Assembly (NCBI GenBank): GCA_964016885.1
Contig: OZ024741.1
Location: forward strand, 343,666,001-343,730,000
Origin: Eledone cirrhosa
Lineage: Eukaryota
DNA: 64,000 nucleotides
Direction of reading: 5' to 3'
Shown: positions 37,127 to 48,505 of the stretch, in pieces
Layout: each line of letters opens with the position of its first letter
How positions within the stretch are numbered: position 1 is the first letter of the stretch
Translations under genes and position numbers: made by a program
Notes under the pieces: generated by a model
Seen by the model: only the letters and a program-made list of their open reading frames with translations
Told to the model about the DNA's origin: nothing
Database searches by the model: none

Positions 37127-39700
37127 TGCTTGTGTCAAAGTTAGAAATCAATTATTTACATTCAACTAGTAAGACTTTGGAAATGGAAGACACAGCAGAA
37201 CGGCATCTGTGTTTGATGCTTTATCTGTGTGTAACACCGTCTGTCTGGTAATGTCATTACCAAAATGTATTACCAGACAAACACTATTTTCAGTTTTCTT
37301 TATGTAACCTTCCATTATTCATACGCAATAAAGCATTCTATTTTGCAAGAAAGCATGATTAATATATAGGATTTCTAACTCTAGATCTGCTGACAGAAGC
37401 AAGACAGAATTGATTTTTTCGCAGCTTTAACATATTTGATTATTGTTGATTTTGTTTCCGTATTCTTTAACCCTGTATGTTCTCTAATTGGACAGACCCG
37501 TGATCAAAGTTATCCCAATCATGGTCAACTATTTTCTTTTTTCATTATTTGCATATGGGCACGATGTAAGCCCTGGCCGTGTGACTACGTTGTTTACTTT
37601 TCAATAAGAACATTCTGGAAACAATCCCTGTACGCCACAATTTTGGCAAATATCTTCTAATCGAAACTCGGGACGACTCAAATTTTGAGACTGCAATTGG
37701 ATCGGTGACAATTATGCGAAAAGCCACCGGATATATTGTATCTCTTAGTGGGTGATACCATTAATCAGTTGCTAAAGTGGTTTAACAACACCAACTGGCT
37801 TTTATGTACTTTAAGCTGGTTGTCCTTTGTTGTAAACATTTGTACAAGTGTGTGAACTGATATCATACGATTAATAGTCCCCCTTTTGCTATCCCTCCCA
37901 ATGTTTGGAGACCCTGTAAAATACTCAAGTGTGCTAACTTTCCACATAAACTTCCAAAATATTAAACTCAATTATCCAATGTGTCCTTTCATTTTTAAGA
38001 CGGTAGAACATGCCTTGAGGTGGATTCGGCTGCTATGCTAAGCAGTCCAGTAGTTAATGCAGTCATAAATACACTTTGAGATAAAAACAACGTGGTTGCG
38101 ACAGTTGGAAAGCATCTTGTCATACATGTAATCATTAAAGGAAAAGACAAAAGCACGTGTTTTGGTGAAAATATCTTATTTATTTGACCTTTGGGATAAA
38201 AACTGTTCTGAATATGATGGCAGATAACGTTAACTATAGGTAGAACTGATGTCAGAATTGCTTATTAACAAATATAGATATATCACCCTGCAGGTATCAA
38301 CTACAAATTCCATGAAAATGGCTGACCACTGGGATTCCACGTTCGCCATAAAGTGTCGTATTATTTCTTTCGAGTCGATAGAGTAATAAAGTACTGTACA
38401 TTATGAGTGTATTTCTTTCTATATCATTTTCTATCAACATAATCTTATCAAGTGTAAAACCTAATTCCCGTTGGTTTGAATCCGGAGAGTCTCTAAGAAA
38501 GAAATAGTTACATATTTACATATGTTGAAGGTGAAATAAACGATTATACGAAGCTCTGAATTTAGAATTAAGCTCCTTTGCGACTATTCACTATATCTTT
38601 TTACTGGACACGTATTTCCATGTTTGGTTGCTATTTTCTATCTTTAACTGTAGGTAAACTTTGATCAACCAAATCTATGATAATGATGTTCTAGTCATGA
38701 CGATTTGTTTTTCAGAAACAGTGAATTTAAGCTTAAATTATTCAATGTATCATTTTTAACACAGTTGTGTGCTATTTAAGGGAAATTTGGCTGCTAATTC
38801 TACCGAGAAATGTGATGTCGTAGAGGGTCGCTTACTGGATTATTAACGTTCAATATTAAATCAAGCTGTCGAAAATCATCTCTATACCTTCTAAGATTAT
38901 TACCTACACAACATTGATGTTCTTTCCAAAGGTTTTTTTTCTCTTATCCGATTAATCCCATGAAACCGGAGATAATATCTATAGCTATGGGTATTCTAAA
39001 GAACTCTAGGCATATATATTATTTCTGTACTTCAAGCATATGTGCATTTTTACATCCACATATATTGTACGGGAAATATGTTTGGGTCTAGTATTTTACG
39101 TGGATTGTTTTTGTGGCTTGTATATAATATGTAGAATTTTTCTGGATTATAAGTATGTATGTTATATGATTTTTTTCTCTTTCTGTTTCCCCAGAGAGTA
39201 TGTTTTATTTTGTAATTTTTTTTCTATATATCCGTATTTGCTTTTCTTTAGAATTATATTTTTCAAGGAAGCCCAAAAATCTCTATATTTCTTTCTAAAT
39301 TATAAACCTTTTGGTTATTTTGTGATGTAAATACTTTTTTCTGGATATTTATTGATTTTATTCAGTAAATCTTACTCGGATGTATTTCTTTGTATCGTAT
39401 TGTCTCGAATCTGGAAATGTAATATAACATACGTATGTTTTCTGCATTTATATAATATATCTATATATGTGTAACTCTATATACATTTACATTTCTGTCT
39501 GAGTTCGAATGCATTTTTATGGCCTATATTGTTTTAGTATTTCGGCCTCATGTAATAGTATATCACCACAGTCTTCGTTTTGTTGTTGGTTTTGCTGTTT
39601 ATACTAGTATCAGGCAAACTCCAGTAAACCAATGACCAAAATATAACGGCCATGGTTCGCTCTTCTTTTTAAAAAAAAGTATCTAGTACTATATTATTCA

Positions 39701-40613
39701 CTAGCAGTAAAGCCCGGCGTTGCTCGGGGTCGCTCAGTAGCTGTGTTAAAGTTACAATGTTAAGTTTCTTTCTTGGCTTAAAAACTGTAGTGTCTACTGT
39801 GCAGACTTGCATGTGGTGTTTTTGATTAATATTCCCTCAACCAACAATATGCCTTATGAAGTTAAGAAAACATAACGATAACCCGAATGTTATAACAAAA
39901 GAGGATGCTGGGGATAGAAACTGCATTGGTTATTTATTAACAAAGATCGCAAATGTAAACACTGCAACGCAGAGAAAAACATTAGCGTAACCAAATTATC
40001 AGTTATGTCTGTCTGCACGCCTATATCACCTCTCTGCACGACTGTCTGTCTGCACGCCTATATCACCTCTCTGCACGACTGTCTGTCTGCACGCGTATAT
40101 CACCTCTCTGCACGACTGTCTGTCTGCACGCGTATATCACCTCTCTGCACGACTGTCTGTCTGCACGACTGTCTGTCTGCACGCCTAACGACGAAATATT
40201 TGCTTGTTTTACGTAGTCTTTAAATAGACTTGTTTTCAAGTAAAAATATTGTTTTAAAATGCTTTTAAATGGAAATGAAGCAAAACGGAAGCTTAGTGTT
40301 CGAACTGATGAATTTTGCAGGTCAATATTTTGCTGGCTCGAAAACTGTTAAAGCCAGCGTAATTTTTTACGTAAGACGCTCAATGTAAACAGAACAAAGG
40401 GAAATAACTGATAACTTACGCTCAAAAATCGATACATTATATTCGATTTCGTCACATAGGGTGGGTCAATTTGAAATTTTTTTTTCCGATGTCTTCGCTA
40501 GGGCTCAATGTACAAGTATAGCAATTTCGGTGCAATTCCGTGAGAGATTCTAAGAGGAGATGTGTGCCAAAAATCGATAGACAGACAGACAACCACAGTT
40601 TTATATATATAGA
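39701..40613 (-). mobile_element. Non-autonomous Helitron with internal 37-bp minisatellite
   Basis: 5' TC(tatatatataaaa), 3' hairpin cccgagcaacgccggg + CTAG, inserted between A and T. The unit tgtctgtctgcacgcctatatcacctctctgcacgac repeats about 4-5 times at 40007-40185. Confidence 0.85.
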
Positions 40614-40896
40614 TTGTTTCGTTCTCATTTTTAAGACAGATGTATTTTATATGAGATTTGACTGCTATTCCTACCAGTTCAAACCACCATATTGGTACAC
40701 AATTTGAGTTGTCTCTTTGATAAGCTCGAATGGTACAGTTTAATGGTACATACTGGGCAGTGCTGCTTTACTAGTTGATTTTTAAGAACACAGTTTTAGT
40801 GGCACAGTTTTGATGGCATACTTTAGTTTATGTTTTAAGGATATTTTAAGCGGTCTACTTTAATGGTATATTTTGAGTGGTAATGATTTAATAGAA

Positions 40897-41045
40897 GGCG
40901 GCGAATAGAATATCAGATAGAATGCCTTGCAGTATTCGTTCTGGCCCTGCGCTCTAAGTCAAAATCCCGCCGAGGTCATGTTTGCTTTTCATCCTTTTGA
41001 GGTCGATAACAAAAAGTACCAGTCCAGGCTGGGATTGACTTATTC
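40897..41045 (+). mobile_element. tRNA-derived SINE copy, diverged
   Basis: aaatcccgccgaggtc..tttgcttttcatccttttgaggtcgataa..aagtaccag core. Confidence 0.75.
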
Positions 41046-42399
41046 TCCATATCTCTTTCTCACTTCCTCTCTATCTTTTCTCTCATTTTCTGGAGAGAAG
41101 ATGGACTCCATCAGGCTTAAAGTGCCCAAGAAACACCGTATATTGTCACAGCACGTTTATGGCTCTATAGGATGTTAGGGATTAAAAGAGAAAGGTCTGA
41201 TGGTACATCTTCAGCGATACTGTTTATGTGGTACAACATTAATAGTAACATTTGTACAAATGCAATTCATATATTGGTATTTATCTAATGTGGGATTTAA
41301 AAGTATTCATAATAGGTTATATGCTAATTTTGAGGGAAATAATAAAAACAAATTCAATATATATAATAACAAAAACACAAACAAACAAAATATCTGACCT
41401 TCCCCTTCCGCGGTAGTAAAACCGCTATCTTGATGGTACATGCAATGGTACCTTCTCCAACGGCAACTTTGTAAATTCGGTGACAGAGTCGGGTTTCCAT
41501 GCTCGACAAGTCGAAGATCACAAGTTGTCGAACTTTCTCCGATATGAGGTGGCCAGCACCAAGTATTATGCATGCGTGAATGGGCTCCCCAACACCATTT
41601 CAGATCTTATAATCGGGGTAGCAATGTTTGCGAACACTTTGGGGGTTTAAGGCAACACATATTACTTGGAAATGAAGAAGTAAAGAAAATTTAATTATTG
41701 GGTTTTAAATTATATTCATATCTATGAAATAACAACATAAAAAACAACCCTGCACCCCAGCATTATTGAGATTAAAATTAGATTAAGTGAGGTGGATAGA
41801 AGAAACCAAAGCAGTTAATGAAGAACCTTAGATTGTAAACGTCATAAAACATTGATTGATAGCTTTCAAGTTAAATATTAAGGGGAACAGATTTAGACAG
41901 AACAGACTTTTATTAAAAAAACATCTGACGAACTTTGAAGAATGTCCACAGTCTATTTAAGGACATATTGATTATTATATAAAATATATGAACATAATAT
42001 ACAGATCATTGGGTTGTTCGTGGTTCGTAGGATCGATCAAATATAAGAACATAAATATCTTCTAAAACAAAACGTGCAATGAATTAATTGTTGTTCCTAC
42101 GAAATATAGACATTAAAATGCCAAAAAGTATACATACCTAGGTAATGTGTGCTAGGTAATTTTATTGATATCACATCCCAAAGGGTGGCTTTAAAACATA
42201 TGATATACAATGGAGAATCTATATATGTCCATATAGCGCTCTGATGAAAATTCATCAAATTCGGTTATAAACAGAAAAGTGGGGTTCTCTGAAAATACGT
42301 ATGTCAGTAAAATTAACGCAGCGAAACCACAGCACAAGAGAACAGAAAGTGAGAAACCAGTCAGTTTGATATATACCATATACATATACATACTCTTCC

Positions 42400-42435
<36 letters not shown>

Positions 42436-42443
<8 letters not shown>

Positions 42444-42802
42444 GTGAGGTTTTTTTTACAAAATGAAAAATAACCGAGGTGTCCTACACGAGTGAAAGTA
42501 TAAAGAAAAAGAGATGAAATCGAAAATGCAACTGAAGTCTTTTTTTTTTTTTTTTTTTTTTTAAATATATATATATTTATTTGGTTCCTTTACCGGTTTC
42601 GCAGTTCTTCTGCTTTTCAAAAGGTGAGTTGAGATGGAGGGGTCTGTGGTTTTTCTAAAAACCACAGACCCCTCCATCTCAACTCACCTTTTGAAAAGCA
42701 GAAGAACTGCGAAACCGGTAAAGGAACCAAATAAATATATATATATTTAAAATAAAAAAAAAAAAAAAGACTTCAGTTGCATTTTCGATTTCATTTCTTT
42801 TT

Positions 42803-42808
<6 letters not shown>
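42436..42808 (-). mobile_element. Fold-back element with tail in (TA)n
   Basis: Palindrome 42499-42808 centred at 42655-42656. Left-only tail 42436-42498 (gaggtgtcctacacgagt). Confidence 0.85.
42687..42724 (+). ncRNA. Minimal hammerhead with U3-A8 core (identical mirror 42587-42624 on - strand)
   Basis: cctt TTGAAAA gcag aagaa ctgc GAAA ccgg TA aagg. Confidence 0.8.
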
Positions 42809-42852
<44 letters not shown>

Positions 42853-42856
<4 letters not shown>

Positions 42857-43188
42857 ACCGTTTCAAAAACATACTTACATGTTTACATTTATAATTTGCT
42901 TGTTTGTCATTCACTTGCTAAGTACATAGCTTCTAATTCGAATGGAAGGAGACGTGTATTGGTGTAATGGTAGCACATTGGTCTGGGTAATCAAAGATGT
43001 GTGTTCGACTCCCATGTACGCAACACTCATCTTTTTCCATTTCTCCGAGGGTTATAAACCCCACTATCAGGCTAGAAATTTCTTTAGTCTAAAATACGGT
43101 GAAAGCTTATAATTTCTAATTTCTAATTTTCAAACTCGCGCACCGTTTCAAAAACATACTTACATGTTTACATTTATAATTTGCTTGT
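42853..43188 (+). mobile_element. 285-bp unit with 47-bp terminal direct repeat carrying a tRNA-like gene, in (TA)n
   Basis: Identical 47-mers at 42857-42903 and 43142-43188. Confidence 0.7.
42953..43023 (+). tRNA. tRNA-like sequence (anticodon GGG), probably a pseudo-tRNA acting as a Pol III promoter
   Basis: D arm GTGT/GCAC with A-box TGGTGTAATGG, anticodon stem TTGGT/ATCAA, B-box GTTCGACTC, acceptor stem 6/7 paired with several G-U pairs, TTTTT at 43032-43036. Confidence 0.55.
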
Positions 43189-43299
43189 ATATATATATAT
43201 ATATGGGGAAGAGTGTGTATATGTATATGATGTTTCGCTGGATAAATTTACTTACAACTTATATATATAGATATTTAGAAACAGAGACTTATATATATT

Positions 43300-43408
<109 letters not shown>

Positions 43409-43922
43409 ATATATATATAGTTGTGTATAATGGTAGCTATTGTGTATTTTGTATGTATGTGTGTATATATATATATATATATATGTGTGTGTGCATATAT
43501 ATGTATGTGTATGTATGTGTGTATGTATATATGTGTGTGTATGAGTGTGTATATATATATATAAATGTATATAAGGTTGTGCGTATGTATGTGTGCGCGG
43601 TATGTATGTATATATGTGTATGTTTCAGTAGGCCATGCTTATCCCACGGATACGTGGCGTGAATTAAGAGGCCGTTATAAGGCTTGAGGCGATATGTATC
43701 TACAAGTGGGTCAGACTGGGTCCTTGGAAGTGATGGAGAGAGCGTGTGTGTATATATACATATATGTATGTATGTGGGGGTGGGGTTTTCGCATGTAGGC
43801 GTACGTGTGTGTATGCATGAATATGTCTGTGTCTGCATGTGTGTGTATGTGTATATGTGTGTGTATATTCGGAAGTGTGAACAGACGTGTGAGATACTGA
43901 ACCCAGCATGACTCCATTGAAA

Positions 43923-44302
43923 TGTGTCGGACGGAAAATGGCTGATTTATATATACCTGTATATATATATATATATATATATATAGTATAAAGAAAACGA
44001 AAAATCTGTGATGCATCTGGACTTAATTTATTGCGTGTTACAATTGTTTCGCCGGCAGGTAGCTCGAGACATGGTCTTTGTATGGATCTGGCTGATTCTA
44101 CTGCTGCAGGTTCTTTCAGACACGGGTATTTCGTTCGGAGCAAATCTTATCACTGGCGTGTTATCATGAAAAAAACCCTAAAAAAAAACTACTTCCACTC
44201 TTGTCATGCCATTGGCTGTTTTTACTCCACGTCATCACAAGTTCTGGTCAGTATTTATCAGTATTTACTGGCACACGTGTCATCAGCCATTTTCCGTCCG
44301 AC

Positions 44303-44305
<3 letters not shown>
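43923..44305. repeat. 24-bp perfect inverted repeat pair (possible MITE)
   Basis: tgtgtcggacggaaaatggctgat at 43923-43946; its reverse complement at 44282-44305. Confidence 0.6.
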
Positions 44306-44350
<45 letters not shown>

Positions 44351-44355
<5 letters not shown>

Positions 44356-44902
44356 AAAGGAGGTGTAACACACAAGTTATGATACATTGGTAAACAGAAT
44401 AGAAAATACTGACAAATTGTTCTCAGTGAAAAATAGTTTAATTGGGAATAAGTGAGAATTAGTAATATTATTGGTTAGTATTCAGTTTTGGTTTTTAGTT
44501 TCACCGGTTGCGCATTTCTAATGCTTTTCAAAAATAATTTTGAGATACAGCGTCCGTGATGTTTGCTCTGATCTGATTAGTTTTGGGAATTCTACCTATT
44601 TTTATGTTAAAAAAAGTGGCTCCAGCGATATTAAAATAAGTTTTGCGCCAATTCGTGTTGCAAAAATTATTGTGGTCAAAACAATTTTGATTGGTCGGTA
44701 GAGGTCATGTGAATGTAAAAAATTGATTTTGCGCCAAATGTGGTTTGTGTCGGCTGACTGAGAAATAAGTCTTTCACAACAAATATGTGTGTGTGTGTGT
44801 GGTAGTAGTAGTAAAGAGGTTCGTTGTTGTGATAATGGTCAGCAGGGATGTGTGTGCGAACCGCAGCCTGTTGACAGTTCAAATGCCTATTAAGACAAGT
44901 GT

Positions 44903-44999
<97 letters not shown>

Positions 45000-46019
45000 T
45001 CTTTGTATGTTAATGTACGCGTGTGTATGTGTGTGTGTATATATATGTGTGTGTGTATGAGAGAATGTGTGTTTTTGTGTGTGTGGGTGGACCAGTATTT
45101 CTTTCTGGTAAAATGGTGTACATTATTCGATATTTTCAGTAAAATCTTTTATAGATAATGCCACCCACACCTAGCGCATCAGCAAGGAATCTTACTTTAT
45201 TAACAAATACGGACTCCGTCTAAACACTTCTAAACACTTCTCCCTAAGACGAACCCACAACATACACACGTCAACATACATACCTACATCAGCATACATC
45301 TCTACCCACATATAAACACAATGACATACGTAAACACACATGTTCTATAGTGCAACACAAATATACACAAATTTGCATACCTTTTGATGTCTATAGATAT
45401 AAACGTGCCGACACACACACATACATAAACGCACACATGCATTACACACTGATGGGCACATACATATTTGTGCACAGGTATTCCAATACGGCAAGGCCTA
45501 ATGAATTCCCCTTGCAGTACGTACAATCTGGACACACTCCAGATACATATTTGTGCACAGGTATACAATTTCTGGACACACTCCAGATACATATTTGTGC
45601 ACAGGTATTACAATACGGCAAGGCCTAATGGATCCCCCTTGCAGTACGTACAATCTGGACACACTCACACACACCTTGGTATTATGCCAATACTATATAT
45701 AATTTTATTATTAAGGTTTTATTATTAAGGTTTTTGATGTTCTATTGAGAGAATCGATTTAACTGAAAATATCGAATAATGTACACCATTTTACCAGAAA
45801 AAAATACTGGTCCACCCACACACACACACATTCTCTCACACACACACACACATATATACACACACACATACACACGCGTACATTAACATACAAAGACACA
45901 CACACACACACTTCTCCGTATAAGACAAGAGCTGAAAAATATCTTTTAACATGTTAAAATATCCCCCACACACTTACAGACACATTCCTACTGACCATCC
46001 TCTACCACGAATTACTCTG

Positions 46020-46088
<69 letters not shown>

Positions 46089-46590
46089 TCTTAATAGGCA
46101 TTTGAACTGTAAACAGGCTGCGGTTCGCACACACATCCCTGCACACACGAACCTCTTTACTACTACTACACACACACACACACACACATATTTGTTGTGA
46201 AAGACTTATTTCTCAGTCAGCCGACACAAACCTACATTTGGCGCAAAATACATTTTTTACATTCACATGACCTCTACCGACCAATCAAAATTGTTTTGAC
46301 CACAAGAATTTTTGCAACACGAATTGGCGCAAAACTTATTTTAATACCGCTGGAGCCACTTTGTTTAACATAAAAACAGGTAGAATTCCCAAAACTAATC
46401 AGATCAGAGCAAACATCACGGACGCTCTATCTCAAAATTATTTTTGAAAAGCATTAGGAATGCGCAACCGGTGAAACTAAAAACCAAACCTGAATACTAA
46501 CCAATACTATTACTAATTCTCACTTATTCCTAATTAAACTATTATTCACTGTGAACAATTTGTCAGCATTTTCTATTCCGTTTACCAATA
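44351..46590 (-). mobile_element. Large fold-back element, family A
   Basis: Arms about 44385-45150 / 45762-46590 (with indels). Tail 44351-44384. Hammerhead-like TTGAAAA gcatt agg aatgc GCAA ccgg TG at about 46441-46479. Confidence 0.85.
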
Positions 46591-46615
46591 TATATATATA
46601 TATATATATATATTC

Positions 46616-46647
<32 letters not shown>

Positions 46648-46680
46648 ATGTACATATATATATATATATGTACATATGTA

Positions 46681-46716
<36 letters not shown>

Positions 46717-46752
46717 CATATATATATCTGTATATATATATATAAACAGAGC

Positions 46753-46810
<58 letters not shown>

Positions 46811-47042
46811 AATGTATATAAGTCTCTTCTTCTAAATATCTATATATATAAGTTCCAAGTAAATTTATCCTGCGTAGAACATTTTTCTAATTCAATTGAC
46901 GATTTCATTTTTTTTTTAAATTTTTAGTATAGGGAATAAGAAGGATTAAAATAATCTACTCCTACGTATATGTTGCGACAACAACCGCAAAAATATATGT
47001 GGTTCCATTTAGGTCATGTCGATATGTATATATATATATATA

Positions 47043-47120
47043 TAAGGTGTCCCCCAAAATGTATACACACGTCAACACCATTCTAATCAACGTGTGTATA
47101 CATTTTTGGGAACACCCTCT
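47043..47120. mobile_element. ~80-bp Tc1/mariner-type MITE
   Basis: TIR ggtgtcccccaaaatgtatacacacgt / acgtgtgtatacattttgggaacacc in a TA context. A half copy lies at 11653-11681. Confidence 0.7.
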
Positions 47121-47157
47121 ATATATTATATATAAATGCATATATATATATATAATA

Positions 47158-47445
47158 CAGTATGTTATTTGAAGGCAAGGACAATGCAAAATAGACGCTG
47201 GATTTTGAAATAAATTGACGTTATCGAAGAGGTTGGTGTGTAACCTGTTATATTATTTACCGGTCCTAATATTTCGGGTCAAAATACCCTTCGTCGGAAA
47301 AACGAATGACGAATCGTTAGCCACAACAATAGCACAAACTCCAACCCAGTTTCTTATCATTGTCTTTTGATGAAAAGACTTTCTTGTTTATTTCGAAATC
47401 TACCGACTATTTTACTTTCTTGTAGCCTTCAAATAATATACTGCT
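47158..47445. mobile_element. Old fold-back element with decayed hammerhead
   Basis: Diverged inverted repeat 47158-47215 / 47386-47443. The minus strand at about 47262-47300 reads CCGACGA agggt..accc GAAA tat TA. Confidence 0.45.
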
Positions 47446-47579
47446 TTATACACACTAGCAGTAGAAGAACCGCCCTTCAGGCGGTTTTCTGCTAGCATAT
47501 GTAGTGGGCATATTGGTTTTATACGCAAATATATGATACCTAAATTCAAAATTAAATTGACAATATCTTGTTCTTCGCA

Positions 47580-48225
47580 CACTTATTTCTGAGAGGGTCA
47601 TGGGTGCAGTGTCCTCAAACACTCCCTCCGCGGGTCTGTCAGAAGCAAACATCTCTAACTGGTCCAGCTGGATCCAAAAGTGCGACCAGCCAAGCTCATG
47701 GATCTTATCTAACTATCTTGCTCAGCGCCTTCCTGTTGGTTGGTTTTGCCTGTAAAATCCGTCCAGCGATTTATTCCTGAGGCATTCTATCCTCACGCCC
47801 ATAGTATTGGAGCTGTGATCTCTCAATTCGGAGAAGTAGTGGTTCTACCTGGAGTGACTCTCTGATTTCCGAGCTACGCACTTTATCGAGTAACGTTACT
47901 CCAAAGACCCTTCTGAGGAACCCCATTTCGGCTGCTTGTATTCGTTATCATATTATTTCAGTCATTATCCATATTCATGACCATAGGTAAGGGTTGACAC
48001 GATTACCGAATTGAAGATAGCAAGTTTGGCTTTTACACCTACCTCCCTTTTCTGATTACTGAATGCTGAAGTTGGCGCATTACTAACTCAGCTTTTGCAA
48101 TTCTTGCACTTAATTCAGCCTCCTGCCTTCCATCACTCGAGAACACGGCCTCGAGATACTTGAACTTCTCGACCTGCTTCAGTGGAACTCCATTCACATG
48201 TATATAAATTTGATCGACTGCTCGT
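47580..48225 (-). mobile_element. RTE-clade (Rex3/Expander-like) LINE 3' fragment
   Basis: The minus strand translates VNGVPLKQVEKFKYL...RIAKA...TLTYGHE...IQAAEMGFLRRVFGVTLLDKVRSSEIRESLQVEPLLLRIERSQL. Confidence 0.8.
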
Positions 48226-48307
48226 CATGCATTGTGTGTGAATGTATGTGTGTGTAAAAGGAAGGAAAGGGATACACACATATATGTCTCTAAATTAAAA
48301 ACGGTGA

Positions 48308-48344
<37 letters not shown>

Positions 48345-48351
48345 ACATATA

Positions 48352-48419
<68 letters not shown>

Positions 48420-48465
48420 TAAAATTGTATTCATTGAGTAATCAACGAACCATATTATTCTTTGG

Positions 48466-48501
<36 letters not shown>

Positions 48502-48505
<4 letters not shown>

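Noticed and set aside
42953-43023. Functional tRNA-Pro(GGG) gene
   Set aside because: Mismatches in the acceptor and T stems, a GGG anticodon atypical for eukaryotes, and it is embedded in a repeat-like unit.
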